DNA of 64,000 nucleotides, from assembly GCA_951406725.2 (NCBI GenBank), contig OX597826.1:25668001-25732000 (forward strand). Direction: 5' to 3'. Positions 29,520 to 44,174 of this stretch are shown here, piece by piece. The notes beneath the pieces are model-generated. The model worked only from the letters and a program-made list of their open reading frames with translations. It did not search any database and was not told the DNA's origin. Position numbers and translations under genes: made by a program. The stretch's first letter is position 1. Each line of letters begins with the position of its first letter. The DNA is from Octopus vulgaris (taxonomy: Eukaryota).

Positions 29520-29985
29520 ATATAACATTATCAAAGTGACACCGGGCTACAAATATACAAGGCCCCCATATTAACCGTTATGACTACCCGTTTGATAAGG
29601 GTACATACATTAAACACATGCATCACAGCCATATGTGCGTAACATGGTGATCTCATATCGAGATAAACAGCTTCTGCTGTGATCAGAAATGCACATATCG
29701 TCAGCCACTAAGGGAAAGCTCAACTAGTTAAGGTCAAGCAACTGACAAGCAAACCTGTGGTATTGAGCAGTATATTTGCTGTAGGCCAATTTTTACACCA
29801 AGTCAAAACGTGTACGGTTACGATCAGAAGCCAAGAGAGCCACTACCTGGTACTGCATCAGGACATATCGACTTTACTTTTCATCCTTTCGGGGTCGATA
29901 AAATAAGTATCAGATGAACACTGGGGTCGATGTAATCGACTTACCCATCCTCCCAAATTGTTGCCCTTGTGGAAAAATTTGAAAC

Positions 29986-30025
<40 letters not shown>

Positions 30026-30278
30026 GAGTGAGAGATCAGTGCATAGCATCAAAGTGATACTGGGGAACAAATATACGAAGCCCAGTATACCCATTATGAC
30101 TACCTGTCTGATAAGGCACATATATAACAACCATATGTGCGCGACATAGTGATTTCATATCAAGATAAACAGCGCATGAGCTTGCAGGTAGGGCCAAGTT
30201 AGAATTTTCTCCAGGTCTAGTAGCCCATCCTGCTCAAAAGGTCCCTGAATAAGAGTTGTTTAAGGATGATGAACAAAC
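29520..30278 (-). repeat. Two diverged copies of an unclassified retroposon-like repeat with (AAT)n tail, with a family B SINE piece between them
   Basis: ATCAAAGTGA.AC.GGG..TATGACTACC.GT.TGATAAGG..GATAAACAGC occurs at about 29530 and 30048; 29757-29845 matches 13209-13310. Confidence 0.6.
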
Positions 30279-30281
30279 AAA

Positions 30282-30484
30282 ACACTGCCTTTAGTCGAGC
30301 AAATCGACCCCATGACTTATTCTTTGTAAGCCTAGTACTTATTCTATCGGTCTCTTTTGCCGAACCGCTAAGTTACGGGGTCGTAAACACACCAGCATCA
30401 GTTGTCAAGCGATGTTGAGGGACAAACACAGACACACAAACGTATACACACACACATACATACATACATACATACATACATACA

Positions 30485-30518
<34 letters not shown>

Positions 30519-30631
30519 CATATATACGACGGGCTTCTTTCAGTTTCCGTCAACCAAATCCACTCACAAGGCTTTGGTCGGCTCGAGGCTATAGTAGAAT
30601 ACACTTGCCCAAGGTACCACGCAGTGGGATT
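30282..30631 (-). mobile_element. SINE family A (internal (CATA)n)
   Basis: Reverse-complement match to 24851-25302. Confidence 0.88.
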
Positions 30632-30719
30632 ATAGAATAAGTACTAGACATGCAGAAAAAAGAAAGAGTGTACTGTGATTGATTTGTTCGACTAAACCTG
30701 GTATCAGCAAGTCTTTTGA

Positions 30720-31439
30720 GAAGTGAGCCGCATGAGACATGGCTGATCAACAGGCGACCTGCGCTAAAGAAAATTCAAGGTAGTTTTTCGTTTTGGTGAG
30801 CACTTCACAAGATCCTGCGGGCCACGGTTTGCCCATGACTGGACCGATTGTGCTATGCCCCAAGGTGACTGAGCTCTGGACTTATGTCGAAACCTGCTGT
30901 TGCTTTCGAGAAGAGTACAACTGTCGAGCGAATATGTAATTAAGATCGTTCCGCCGACCTCCCTGAACAGAGAGGAGCGAGCCTGTTTTCTCTTGGTAGT
31001 CGCTGTTGCGAAAGAGGTAGTATGGAAGACGAGAGTGAAAGGAATTGCAACAGGCATGTTCATCTCCAGTCTGGAGCTAATCGACTTTTTCGTTTTCCAC
31101 ATGAAACAGAAAATAAGGCTGGAGAAGAAATGCCTGTCGCAAAGTGTGTTTCGTAAAAGATGGAAGTATATAGCAAATATGTTGCAAGTGAAAGAACCTG
31201 TTTAAACGAGAATATAAAAAGGAGAAAGCAAAGTTTTCAGTGTGAGTATGTGGTTTGTGGGGTCGATCGCGTCCTCCGCTTCATTTTTTGTAAATCACTC
31301 TTTCTCATTTAATTGTATATATTTTAATTGTTTGTTTATTCATACGTTTCGTCTCATTCGATACCCTGACCCCAATGTTTGTTTTGTCTGTCCTCGTATC
31401 GTCACCTCTTTTCTCAACCTCATGGTTAATATAGAAATT
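30720..31439 (+). pseudogene. Older Tx1-clade 3' relic (ORF2 C-terminus and 3' UTR)
   Basis: VQLSSEYVIKIVPPTSLNREERACFLLVVAVAKEVVWKTRVKG..FRKRW aligns with the C-terminus of the 38507-39754 ORF. Confidence 0.85.
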
Positions 31440-31677
31440 GCCTGGACTAGACTCTTCATACAGCGGTACAGAGAAGGAAAAAAGAGAAAGGAGGAGAGAG
31501 AGAACGAGAGAGAGAGAGAGAGAGAGAGACAGAGAAGACGGGAGAGAGAATGAGGAAGACAGTGAAAAAGATTATTGGTCTGCAGACAGAATAACTGCAG
31601 CAGCAACAACAGCAGCAGCACCAATAGTATTGTCTCTGTTAATGCGTTTTAAGCGTACATCATGCGTTCATAAATAA

Positions 31678-31732
<55 letters not shown>

Positions 31733-32192
31733 GAGTGAGGGGGGGAGAAGGAAGTAAGGCGGCTACAGAAAAATATATATCTTGAGTAAAGTGGTTTGTT
31801 GCTGTCAGCAAACGAAAGAAAATAAAAACAAACTAATAACACGACATAAAGTCACTTTGCATGTATCTAAATAAACAATCAATTTATATAAGTTTCTGAT
31901 ATATTCTAGATCTACTACACCGGAAGTCGCAAGGCGAGCGCTTAAGTAAAGAAACGTTCTCCAAACAGTAGTGTTTAGCTTACTTTGATACTGGACACTT
32001 CCGGTGGAAATGGGGAAGGGATGAATACACACATACACACAAACGCGCGCACATATTCATACGTATATACATTTATACACGCATACATACACACATATAC
32101 ACGTATTCATACATTTATACATATACACACATATACATACATATATATATATACATCATACACACACACACACACACACATACATGCATGAA

Positions 32193-32223
<31 letters not shown>

Positions 32224-32296
32224 ATATATATATATATATATATATATGCATACATAAATATAAATATATATAATATATATGTATATATACATATAC

Positions 32297-32343
<47 letters not shown>

Positions 32344-32730
32344 TATCTATCTATCTATGCAAATATATACACACACGCATATATATACACACACATCTTT
32401 GCTTGCATACATGCTTGTGTATATTTATACATATATCTATATATTTGCGTCTCTCTTTATGTATGTGTGTGTGTGTATGTGTGTGTGTGTGTATGTGCGT
32501 GTGTGTGTGTGTATTTATACATTTATATACATATGATAGGTATAAAGAAAAAAGATGTATTTCTCTATGTAAACACACAGCACAACACCCAACACCACTC
32601 GACTCCACCCCACCCACATGCATAAATGTTTTATGCAGAAACATTGAAACATCGTATATTAGAAAATCTAACAAATTTTGTGTGGTCAGACGACGCATAA
32701 TAACGTCTGCTGTAGAGATAAACATAAATT

Positions 32731-32754
32731 ACTACCACCACCACCACCACCACC

Positions 32755-32841
<87 letters not shown>

Positions 32842-32899
32842 GCTTCTTCTGTTACTACTGTTGCTGCTACTGGCGTCACTGCCACCGCCAGCACCACAG

Positions 32900-32952
<53 letters not shown>

Positions 32953-32970
32953 GCTACTACTACTACTACT
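32731..32970. repeat. (CAC)n(TAC)n compound trinucleotide repeat
   Basis: Directly visible. Confidence 0.95.
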
Positions 32971-33352
32971 GGCGTCAACATAATACAAGAAAACAAGAGC
33001 AATAAAAGAAAACAACGGAACTAAGAAAATTCCTCAAAAGAGGGGGAAATTTTCGAGGGTTGCTCGCGTAAACTTTACAAAGCCACAGTTACCCTGTCGC
33101 AGATGTCATTCAGTTTACTTACAGGCACAGCTTAGAGCAAGCTCATTCGTTTCGTCCATGTTCGAGACTGTGATCCACTTTCAATAAATTTAATGCAAAG
33201 TAACACTTCTGTCTCCATCCCCCACTTTTCTTTTCAAGTGAAACTTGAAAAACTTGATGAAGGTATAGCTAAAGAGGGAAAGGCATCTTCCTTTAAGACC
33301 TTTCAATCTTTTCCATCTCACAGCCGTTTTTTCCAAAGCTACTCGACTGATA

Positions 33353-33626
33353 GTGGAGGCACATGGCCTAGTGGTTAGAGCAGCGGACTCGCGGTCGAGG
33401 GATCCTGGGTTCGAATCTCAGCTCCACGCGGCTCCGGCAGAAGGTAATGGCGAAACTTATGCTGATTCTTTCGCCACAACTTTCTCTTACTCTTTCCTCC
33501 TGCATCTTGCAGCTCACCTGCGACGGACCGGCGTCCCGTCCAGGTGGGGAACCCTATACGCCAAAGAAACCGGGAAACCGGCCCCAATGAGCCAGGCGTG
33601 GCTTGAGAAGGAACAAACAACAAATA
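33353..33626 (+). mobile_element. SINE family C, 8-bp TSD
   Basis: Matches 15018-15323; TSD GACTGATA at 33345-33352 and 33627-33634. Confidence 0.9.
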
Positions 33627-33684
33627 GACTGATAAAATCACTCTACTCTTCCTGGCTAAAGAAAAGCAGCTAAACTACCTTCAC

Positions 33685-34292
33685 ATTGAATACAGTTGAC
33701 AGCCGGATCCTTTCTACGTGTGACAGTATCTGTTAAACATACCTCGAGAAATCAGTGATGCTCAGGTATTGAACGAGTGCCTGCAGATCGGTTTCGTTGC
33801 CCTCTGTGCATTTCGAATAAGTAAGGCTGATAGTATTTCCATATCCATAGAGTGTACGCCGGACCAGTATGAGCGCATGACATTATAGACACCTCAGTCT
33901 CTGTTTTCCCCAGAACTGCAGTTCTGATGAGCTGACAAACGGCGACTACGTCTCCACACTCAGTAAATTACTTGTAATGTAACAGTTTCAGCGCTTGTCT
34001 GCTATTAATCAGCCAGTCATTCCCAACTCTCCACTCAACAAGTATTGACTGCAAATGAAGTGCTTGATCCCTCCTATGAAATCGAAAGAGCAGACGCTCC
34101 AGGAAGGTCAGACGTGAAGTGGGACAACACATGACAATCAGGTAGTAATAAATCACGGAGATGTAGGGGCGGTGCTGCAGGTTCACCGGCTCTTCCTGGT
34201 TGGTTTCTGCCACCTGTCGCCGCCTCGCAGTTCCTTAGAGCGAAGCCGATCATCTTGATGGCTGTGGTGTCCGAAATTATTAGGGTGACGTA
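33685..34292 (-). pseudogene. Highly deleted Tx1-clade ORF2 relic
   Basis: Minus strand VTLIISD..LRNCEAATG..YISVIYYYLIVMCCP..LERLLFRF..NETDLQALVQ is colinear with 38400-39460. Confidence 0.75.
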
Positions 34293-34825
34293 AGACCAAA
34301 GTATGTGTGCATGCGCGCGCGCGCGTGTGTACGTGCGTGTGAAAGAAAGAAAGAAGGAAAGAAAGGGAGGGAGGGATGAAAAAATGAGGCTGTTGAAGAG
34401 AGAGATGAGGACAAAGAGTGTGCGAGAGAGAAGGAGAGGGAGAAAGAGAGTGGAGAAAGAGCCTGTATATGAAAGAGAGGGGGAGGGAGAGAGAGAGAGG
34501 AAGAAAGAAAGAAAAAGTCTACACGTGTATGCGTGTGTATCTCAATTTGTGGCTTCTGGTGTTTGTCTCATTTTTTTTCAGTGAAGTAGACACGCTGTTG
34601 TCTGTCCGGCATATTACAGGCAAACGTCACCCATACAACTGCCCGTAATACGCCGGACATTTTGTTTTCGTGAGTGTCTCTGGTCTTTAACAGAACTAAA
34701 GTATCTGGCATTTAAGTATCGCCAGACTTCATTGTGAGCAATTCCTAGGACATTAGTAATTTCCTCAATTTGAACATTGATAAAGTAATAATATATTTAA
34801 TATTTTATTTTTATTTATTTATTTA

Positions 34826-35255
34826 TTTTAGTCATTGGAATAGGGCCATACTGAGGCACCGTATTGAAGTTTTCAGTTTAAAAAGTCGATTCAGCTACTT
34901 GGATATTTGTAAAAGTCTAGTACTTATTTTGTCCATCTTTTTTTGTCGAAGAGCTAGTTTACAGGGACGGAAACAAACCAGCACCGGTTGTCAAGCGATG
35001 ATGGGAGTAGACTAGCACAGACATTAAGATCCCACCCCACACGCACGCATGCACACACACACACACACACACACATACACACACACACACAAACACACAT
35101 ACACATGATGGGCTTCTTCAGAGCTTCCGTCTATCAAATTCATTCACAAGCCATTGGTCGAACCGGATACACTTACCCAAGGTGCCATGCAGTAGGACTG
35201 AACCGGAAACCAAAGAGTTTGCAAAGCGACCTTCTTAACCACACTGCCAAGCCTA
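34826..35255 (-). mobile_element. SINE family A, diverged
   Basis: Recognisable tail, internal (CA)n and head. Confidence 0.7.
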
Positions 35256-35919
35256 TACAATATTTGAAAAACAATTCCACTGATTTAACTGCGAGAGAAT
35301 AAATAATACAACAATATTAACTTCGAGGCTAAACCTGAATATGAGATGCTTGTAGTGAAGAACTATGTGCATGCTCTCAACTACTCTATCGTCAATTTGC
35401 TCAGAAATATTTGTTTGTCCTCTTTTGCAAAAGATACGCGACAACAGGTATATGAGAATGCTCCTTGAACTCATTAAGGAAACCTTTAATAAATGCATAA
35501 TTCTCCATTATTGTGCATTAAGATGTGAATATCCACAGGGGGTCTGAATTATGTCATATTTAACGGCTTCAGAAAGTGTTTGCTTACAATACAGATTAAG
35601 TATTTCTGCGGGCTCAGTTTCGTTTATAATGGTTGGGTTATTAAATTTATATCCTTCGTTCAAGATGATTAGAATATCATTTAAGGTGGTGGAGGTGCCG
35701 GTGGTGGTAATCCTTGTTTCTGCAATTTGAAACCATAATATCATAAGCGGTTTCACTTTATACATTCAAAAATATCGTTTTATAAGTTATTGTACGATAA
35801 TGTTTGGCGTATGTGTTCAAACATAGCACATCCAGCCACCCACGCACACATACACACACGCGCGCACACACACACGAATACGCACACGCATACCAATCAC
35901 CCATTACCTCTCATTCCGC

Positions 35920-36071
<152 letters not shown>

Positions 36072-39000
36072 CTTCCAAGATGACTTCAAAACTAATAATC
36101 ATCCACGCACTACACTACCCAAACACATCCAAATACTACACATCACACAAACACAACACCACAAACTCAAAGCCCTCTTTCCAAATGCTGTGGAGGGTTT
36201 CCAAAAATATCTCTCTCAAAAACTCTATAGAAACCTCCTCCATGACACATCAAAGAACGAGGAAGCCAAAACTTTCGACACAAGTAAGTAACTCTCTGTA
36301 CTTTCCTTTTTGTGTTTTAAAGCACACACCCCAATAGAATCATGGTCAAGATTGGTTGTGTGAATGCGCGTGACTTGGGGTCTCCTTGGAAACAAGGATA
36401 CCTCCTAAATGACATCAAGTCACACGATTTGGGAATCATAGCCATAAGTGAGACCAGACTCCACGAGCCACGGGCCCTAAAGTCCATGTTTGGAGGACAG
36501 TTTAACATTTATTTTGCTCCCTGTCTGCCGAGGATGGGCGGTAGTGGCACCACGGTACTTTTTCACAAGAGCCTGGATCTCGAAGTCAAGACCATATTCG
36601 TAGACCCGGAGGGTAGACTGGTCGTTCTGGATGTCGACGGCAGCAATGGGTGCGCTTTTCGACTCGTATCAGTCTACGCACCGCCTTTAACAGGTCGGCC
36701 GGATTTCTTTCGACGTCTAGAAGTATACCTGGGAACGTCTCGTCCTTTACTTTTAGTGGGGGATTGGAATGCTACCTTGGACACGCATATAGACTATGTG
36801 GGGAGAGACAAAAACAGAAGGGGATGCAAATGCCTCAGAGACCTGCTCAGACGATTCCAACTGTCTGACAGGTACCGATTCGACCACCCAAATGCACCAA
36901 CGAGGACATGGAGCAACCGCAGTGGGTCGTCGAGATCGTATCTAGATAGGATACTGTGTAGGACAGTAGACAAGGATAACTTAGGATGTCCACAATTCCA
37001 CACAGTCAGCTACACGGATCACAAATTCGTGATGTGTACGCTAGACTTAGATAAGGCACATAGACAGGGTCCTGGTTACTGGAAACTGAACGCATCATTC
37101 CCATCCAGACAAGTTTTCAGAGACAGAATCAACACGTTAGTAAAAAGGGCTTTAACGGGAGCCATTGTCAACAACAAATGGTGGTTCGCCCTCAAGAGAG
37201 CAGTAAAAGCGGAAGCAATAAGATATAGCAAGGCACTAGCCGTAGATAGAAATAGAGTAGAGGGTGAGTTAGTTAAGAAGTTAGAAGAGGCAATAAGAAG
37301 CGGCATCACACCCGACGTTTGGCAGCAAGGTTGGCCCTTGACCAACACTTCAACGCCAAACACGAAGGGTGTGCTGCCAGGGCTAGGATGCGTGCTCTAA
37401 GGATGGAAGGTGTTGGAGCCGCGAGGGAGGCCCGGCTGGCGGAGGCGCAGCAGGGCAACAAAGCCACCATTCGGTCTCTGGTAGATGAACAAGGGCGCGA
37501 ATTGCTCGAGCCCAGCAAGATGTGCGAGACATTTCAGCGGCACTTTGCCCGACTGTACGGGACGAGTGGTGAGCGTGAACGCAGGGTGGACTTCAGTGCC
37601 TACCTGCACAGCCTACCACGACTCTCGGCAAGAGAGGCAGAGTGCTGCGAAGGTTTCATCACGGTGGCGGATGTGCGGGACGCGATGGCAGAATGCTTGA
37701 GAGACAAATCGCCGGGTTTGGATGGTCTGCCCTACGAGTTTTACAATTGTATGCCAGACTTGTTTGGAGACGTCTTGGCAGCGGTATACTGCAACTGGCA
37801 GCAAAACGGGAGCATACCCGGTTTTGTGAGTCGAGGAGCTGTAACACTGCTGAAGAAAGATCCAAACAAGGGGAACATTATAGATAACTTTAGACCAATC
37901 ACTCTGCTCAATGCAGACCTGAAAGTTTTGACAAAGGTGTTAGCCAAGAGGTTGGCGCTTGTCATCGAGAAACTGGTCGACAACGCACAAACGTGCGCTG
38001 TGCGGGCCGGAGCATCCATGACAACCTCCATCTGATGCGCTACATCATAGACAGGGTAGTAAACGAACCTGGCATGGGTGGGGCCCTGATCAACTTGGAT
38101 CAATCGAAAGCCTTCGATAGGGTAGACTATCGATACTTGGAGGCGGTCCTGAGAGCGGCTGGTTTCGGTCCCGTCTTCCGCGGCTGGATAGCTGCCTTGT
38201 ACAGAGGCATCCGTTCAGTAATTCGCGTAAATGGACATCTATCGAGACCTTTCAACATTGCACGTTCGGTCCGTCAGGGATGCCCCCTCTCGGCGCTTCT
38301 ATACGTATTGACTCTTGAGCCACTACTGCGGAAGCTGGCGACTCTGAGGGGCATCCCTCGAGAATTGGGATGCGGGACGAGCGTGTCTGCATACGCGGAC
38401 GACGTCACCGTCATAGTGTCAATCCACGAGCACATCGAGCGGGTCGGCGAGACACTGAAAGACTACGAAGCGGTGACAGGAGCGAAAATCAACCGGGGAA
38501 AAGTCAGTGGGCTTGCGGCTCGGCACCTGGAGAAGCAAGCCCATGCCGTCCACCACTACCTCCGTCGTGGGACGCTGGACAGACGGCTCGGTTGAGTTGC
38601 TCGGGGTCTGGTTCGGTCCGGACCTCCAAATGGAGAAGAACTGGAACGAGATAACGCAATGGGCCGAGAGGAAACTGTCCCTAAAAGGTCGGGCGGAGGT
38701 GGCGAACACGTACATCGCGTCCATCATCTACTACCGCCTGACCGTCGTACCTTGTCCCGACCCTACCATCACCAAACTAGAACGCATTCTCTTCCGCTTC
38801 TTGTGGAAAGGATGCGTCCCGATGGTCAGGCGATCCATTTGCTGTCAACACCCGTTAAAAGGAGGGCTGGGCATGCCGTGGTTGATGATGCGCAGACACG
38901 CGCTGAGACTGCGACATCTCCGGCTCTATGTAGACGGCGGTGAACAGGTGTGGTCGCCGTTTGTGAGGCACGCATTCCCGCAACTCGTCTCCATGACCGA

Positions 39001-40140
39001 ACTGCAGTCGTGGATCAAAAAGAGGCCGAGGAAGGGCGAATGGCACCGCGAGTGTCGCGTTGCTCTCAAGCAGCTCTGCCGTCTCGGGTCGACCTTGAGT
39101 GACTTCAACACAACCAAAGCATTCTATAGGGGATTAGTGGAGGGGAGGTACGACGACGATCTCGGGGCAAACCTGGGCGTCGACGAGGAATACCTGACCC
39201 GCCTGTTTCAAACGACTTTCGGCCCGGGACCTATGGACAATTTCCAGAGATCCCTGGCCTGGCGATGCTACCGAGAAGCGCTACCCGTTCGGGATAAGCT
39301 CTATAGGCATGGCTCGAGAAACACGGGGCCGACCTGCCCGAGATGCGGGCAGAGCGACGAAACCGCTCTGCACGCAATCGTGCAGTGTCCAGCAATTTCC
39401 GACCTGTGGGCTTATGTCGAACGACTGCTGTCACGTGTGGGACGTGTCGGTTTATCAGCCGAGTCTATCGCTAATATCGTCACGCCTCCTTCCTTCAAAC
39501 GGGAAGGAAGAGCTATTTTTATCATACTTGTGGCTATGGCGAAAGAATGTATCTGGTGGACGCGCCTGAAAGGATTAGAGACAAACACTTTCCTCTCTGG
39601 TCAATCTCTCATCAACTTCTTCAAGTATCACTTGAAGAGGAAAGTGAGAGTAGAGAGGCAAGTTTTGTCTAGTGAATGTTTTAAAAAAAGATGGGTGAAT
39701 GTAGCAAGGATGGCACGTATGAATGACGAAGCCACCTTGACTATGATTCTATGAACCGTAAAAATTAATACAGAGAGTTGCTTATTTGCAAAAAAGAAAA
39801 AAAGAAATATAACATGTGACTTCATTGACCGAGGTTACCGTGGTCTTTTCCGTAGGCTTTTCTTTCCACGGGTAAACCTCACCTGTCCTCCCCTTTCACT
39901 TCATATTGACATTTCTGTGATTACGATCCCTATTGATCAACTTTTTTTCCTCTCCCTTTTTCTTTTTTTTTCCCTCTCCCGCCCTTTTTTTAAAATCCTC
40001 CCCTTTTTTTGTCCTCTTTCTTTCCTTTTACGATCCCCTTTTGATCGAAAACCAACCCCCTTTTTTTACCCCCAAAAGAAAAGCTCTACCTTGTAATTTG
40101 TTCTGTCTGTGTGCAGCCCTGTGTGGCTAATAAAGAAACA
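36072..40140 (+). mobile_element. L1/Tx1-clade LINE, 5'-truncated (probable ORF1 tail to 36291, full ORF2, 3' UTR ending AATAAAGAAACA)
   Basis: APE, RT and zinc-knuckle motifs in order; flanked on both sides by (TATC)n. Confidence 0.95.
36342..39754 (+). CDS. Tx1 ORF2: APE endonuclease, reverse transcriptase and CCHC knuckle (about 1137 codons, three 1-bp frameshifts)
   Basis: APE: NAR, ISET, SVYAP, GDWNA, SYLDR, TDH. Linker GYWKLN. RT: KSPGLDG, FRPITLLNADLK, LDQSKAFDRV, VRQGCPLS, AYADD. Knuckle CPRCGQSDETALHAIVQC. No in-frame stops along the stitched path. Confidence 0.9.

Positions 40141-40218
<78 letters not shown>
40141..40218. repeat. (TATC)n tract between the two Tx1 copies
   Basis: Directly visible. 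Confidence 0.95.
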
Positions 40219-40222
40219 GCCG

Positions 40223-41033
40223 TTTCGGGCCGGGACCTATGGACAATTTCCAGTGATCCCTGGCCTGGCAGTGCTACCGAGAAGCGCTACCCGTTCGGGA
40301 TAAGCTCTATAGGCATCGCTCGAGAAACACGGGGCCGACCTGCCCGAAATGCGGGCAGAGCAACGAAACCGTTCTGCACGCAGTCGTGCAGTGTCCAACA
40401 ATCTCCGACCTGTGGGCTTATGTCGAACGACTGCTGTCACGTGTGGGACGAGTCGGTTTATCAGCCGAGTCCATTGTTAATATCGTCACGCCTCCTTCCT
40501 TCAAACGGGAAGGAAGAGCTATTTTTATCATACTTGTGGCGATGGCAAAAGAATGTATCTGGTGGACGCACCTGAAAGGATTAGAGACAAACAATTTCCT
40601 CTCTGGTCAATCGCTCATCAACTTCTTCAAGTATCACTTGAAGAGGAAAGTGAAAGTAGAGAGGCAAGTTTTGTTTAGTGAATGTTTTAAAAAAAGATGG
40701 GTGAATGTAGCAAGGATGACACGTATGAATGACGAAGCCACCTTGACTATGATCCTATGAACCGTAAAGATTAATACAGAGAGTTGCTTATTTGTAAAAA
40801 AAATATAACATGTGACTTCATTAACCGAGGTTACCTTGGTCTTTTCCGTAGGCTTTTCCTTCCACGGGTAAACCTCACCTGTCCTCCCCTTTACACTTCA
40901 TATTGACATTTCTGTGATAACGATCCCTATTGATCGAAAACCAAACCCCCTTTTTTCTATCCCCAAAAAGAAAAAGCTCTACCTTGTAATTTGTCCCGTC
41001 TGTGTGCAGCCCTGTGTGGCTAATAAAGAAACA
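40223..41033 (+). mobile_element. Second, 5'-truncated copy of the same Tx1 family
   Basis: Closely matches 39218-40140; ends AATAAAGAAACA|TATCTAT. Imperfect TSD TATCTAGCCGTTT (40213-40225) / TATCTATTGCCGTTT (41034-41048). Confidence 0.93.
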
Positions 41034-41160
41034 TATCTATTGCCGTTTGGACGCACATACGTACGTACATACATGCATATGCACATACATACATACATAC
41101 ATGCATACATACATACATACATACATACATACATACATACATACATACATACATAATGCG

Positions 41161-41203
<43 letters not shown>

Positions 41204-41644
41204 GACGGGCTCCTTTCAGTTTCCAGCCACCAAATCCATTCAGAAGGCTTTGATCGACCCGAGGCTATAGCAGAAGACATTTGAGTGAGAGTTTGTGTGT
41301 GTATGTGTGTGTGCGTGCGTGCATGTGCGCTTATGATCTATGCTTGCTTATACCTATACAATCCCTATTCGCATGCTTATGCCCTCATACACGCTCACAT
41401 ATACGCTCATCTGCGTGTATCATCGCCCCTCCACATGCAGGTATATATACTTTGCATGTGTACATATGTTTACATATACCCACATGCATGCATATATGCA
41501 TACCCTCACTCGTACATATACACGCGCGTATGGGTGTGTGCGCGTATATACGAATACGAATATAATCAGATGGTTGCATATGTGAGAAACTAGATAGGGG
41601 TTATGAGTTAGACTGTAAATTTATAGGTTAATGGGATTACTTAC

Positions 41645-42120
41645 CTAAGAATTATTGCGGAAATGTGCTGTATAGTCATTCTGGCATTTGGATTTGTGAT
41701 GGAATTTAAATGTGTGATAAAAGCGGTGGTTGCATGTACTTAGTAACGCGTTATGTTTATTAAGCAGTGTTGGAGAGTTGTGCTTTAATATTTGGAGTGC
41801 TTCCTTCAGGCAGAGCTTGCAGATTGAGCATTGACCTCGGTAGGGAGGTCCTGAGTCCAGTATGGACCATGATAGAGTATAGGGTACATTTGCATTTTTG
41901 AGATGATGTTTGTGGTTGGCGAGTGTTGTAGATTTACTATGTTTATCGTATCTAAAAGAGTGGAAATGAATGGCATATCGTTGCTTAAAATATTTTGTTG
42001 ACCCTATGTATATGGCTGTAGAGTTGTGTAATCGGTTAAGGACCGTGCATTTGTAGATTACATTATATCTTCTGCAATGGGTTTGTAGCGGGTAGGTGGC
42101 TCCAGGACGGCAATTTACAA
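41645..42120 (-). pseudogene. Penelope-like element GIY-YIG endonuclease fragment (Neptune-like Cys-rich layout)
   Basis: NCR....YPL...C...NVIYKCTV..IYIGST..FKQRY..H..SF..ST.L..WSIL..PY..CKLCLKE..LLNK..CNH. Confidence 0.9.
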
Positions 42121-42266
42121 TTAGGAGAATTTTGAGGACCGTGTTCGGTAAATATTGCAAAATTCCGGTTTCTTTTGGGTGCCCTCTCGTATATATTTGT
42201 ATATACTGTATATATCTTTAGATAGAAGTACAAATGTATATGCAATTGTCTGTATGTATGTGTGTG

Positions 42267-42352
<86 letters not shown>

Positions 42353-42495
42353 TATATGTATATATATATGTATATATATATGTATATATATATATACATA
42401 TACATGTATCTAAAGAGATATATATAAGTATATACTGTATATATTTTTAGATAGAAGTACAAATGTATATGCAATTGTCTGTATGTATGTGTGTG

Positions 42496-42555
<60 letters not shown>

Positions 42556-42797
42556 TATATGTATATATATATGTATATATATATACATATACATGTATGT
42601 ATATGTATACACATATAACTTTTACGTGTTTTGGTTATTAGACTGCGGCTATGCTGGGGCACCGCCTTGTGTATACATACATATAATTATAACATTGTGT
42701 GTATATGTCCGTGTGTTCGTGGGTCTGGGTGCTGGTGGTGAGATAGAGAATGTGTAGGTATGTATGTGTGCGTGCATATGTGTGTGTATGTGTGCAC

Positions 42798-42843
<46 letters not shown>

Positions 42844-43230
42844 CTGTCGTTAAGAAAACACTTCTATTCATTAAGAGACTTAATGAGGAAATGACTCCAT
42901 AACAATTAATCTTTCCATTTGAAATTACTATTCTGCTGCATAATTATGTTTTATTCAAACATTCATCGATCATATACAGTAAGTATATACAAACAGATGT
43001 GTGTATCTATGTATGCATATATGCGTATGTATGCATGTATGCGTGTATATGCACGGATGCATGTGTCTGTGTGTGCATGAGTGTATGTATGTAAGTACGC
43101 ATATATATATGTGTGTGTGTGTGTATGTATGCGAGTGTACATCTGTATGCCATATATGTGTATGTATGCATATATGCGTGTATATGCACGGATGCATGTG
43201 TCTGTTTGCATGAGTGTATGTATGTATGTA

Positions 43231-43329
<99 letters not shown>

Positions 43330-43455
43330 GTATATATACATATATATATGTGTGTATCTACGCGTGTGTACATCTATATGCCATATATGTGTATGTATGT
43401 TTGTATGCGTGTGTACATCTGTATGCATATATGCATATATGAATGTGTGCACAGA

Positions 43456-43487
<32 letters not shown>

Positions 43488-43714
43488 CATATGCAAGACT
43501 GTATGCTCGCATGTATTTCTGTCTATATACGTACAGATATAGTAACTACACACGTATGTATTTCCGTATGCCCGTATGTCCATAGGTATGTATGTACGTA
43601 TGCATACTTGTATGTGCGTATCTATGCATGCCTATGTGCGTATGTATGTATATATGTACGTATGTATGTATTGTATGTGTGTATATTATGTATATATGTA
43701 TGTGTTCACTTATG

Positions 43715-43756
<42 letters not shown>

Positions 43757-44077
43757 CATGTACGTATGTATGTGCATATCTATGCATGCCTATGTGCGTA
43801 TGTATGTATATACGTGCGTATATATGTATTGCATGTATGTATGTTTGTATGTATGCTTGTATGTATATATGTATGTATATGCATGTACGTATTAGTGTAT
43901 ATTGTGATATATTTTCAACGAAACACCCTTTAATTACTTATGGTAATGTAATTAAATAAACATACATCAATCGCACCCACCTGAATACAGAGACTGTCAG
44001 CGATGTGTGTATATAGGCGTGGACGAATGTGTTTCTTTCAGTGTGTATGTGATTCTATGTATGTATATGTATATATG

Positions 44078-44158
<81 letters not shown>

Positions 44159-44174
44159 GATATATGTATATATA

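Noticed and set aside
32403-33015. Poly-H/Y/L/V/S ORFs
   Set aside because: Trinucleotide repeat translations.
34281-34659. hAT-like MITE (TAGGGTGACGT ... ACGTCACCCA) with a 20-bp inverted repeat at 34603-34659
   Set aside because: The left 'TIR' coincides with the Tx1 relic's VTLI codons and no 8-bp TSD was found. The hairpin is real but unassigned.
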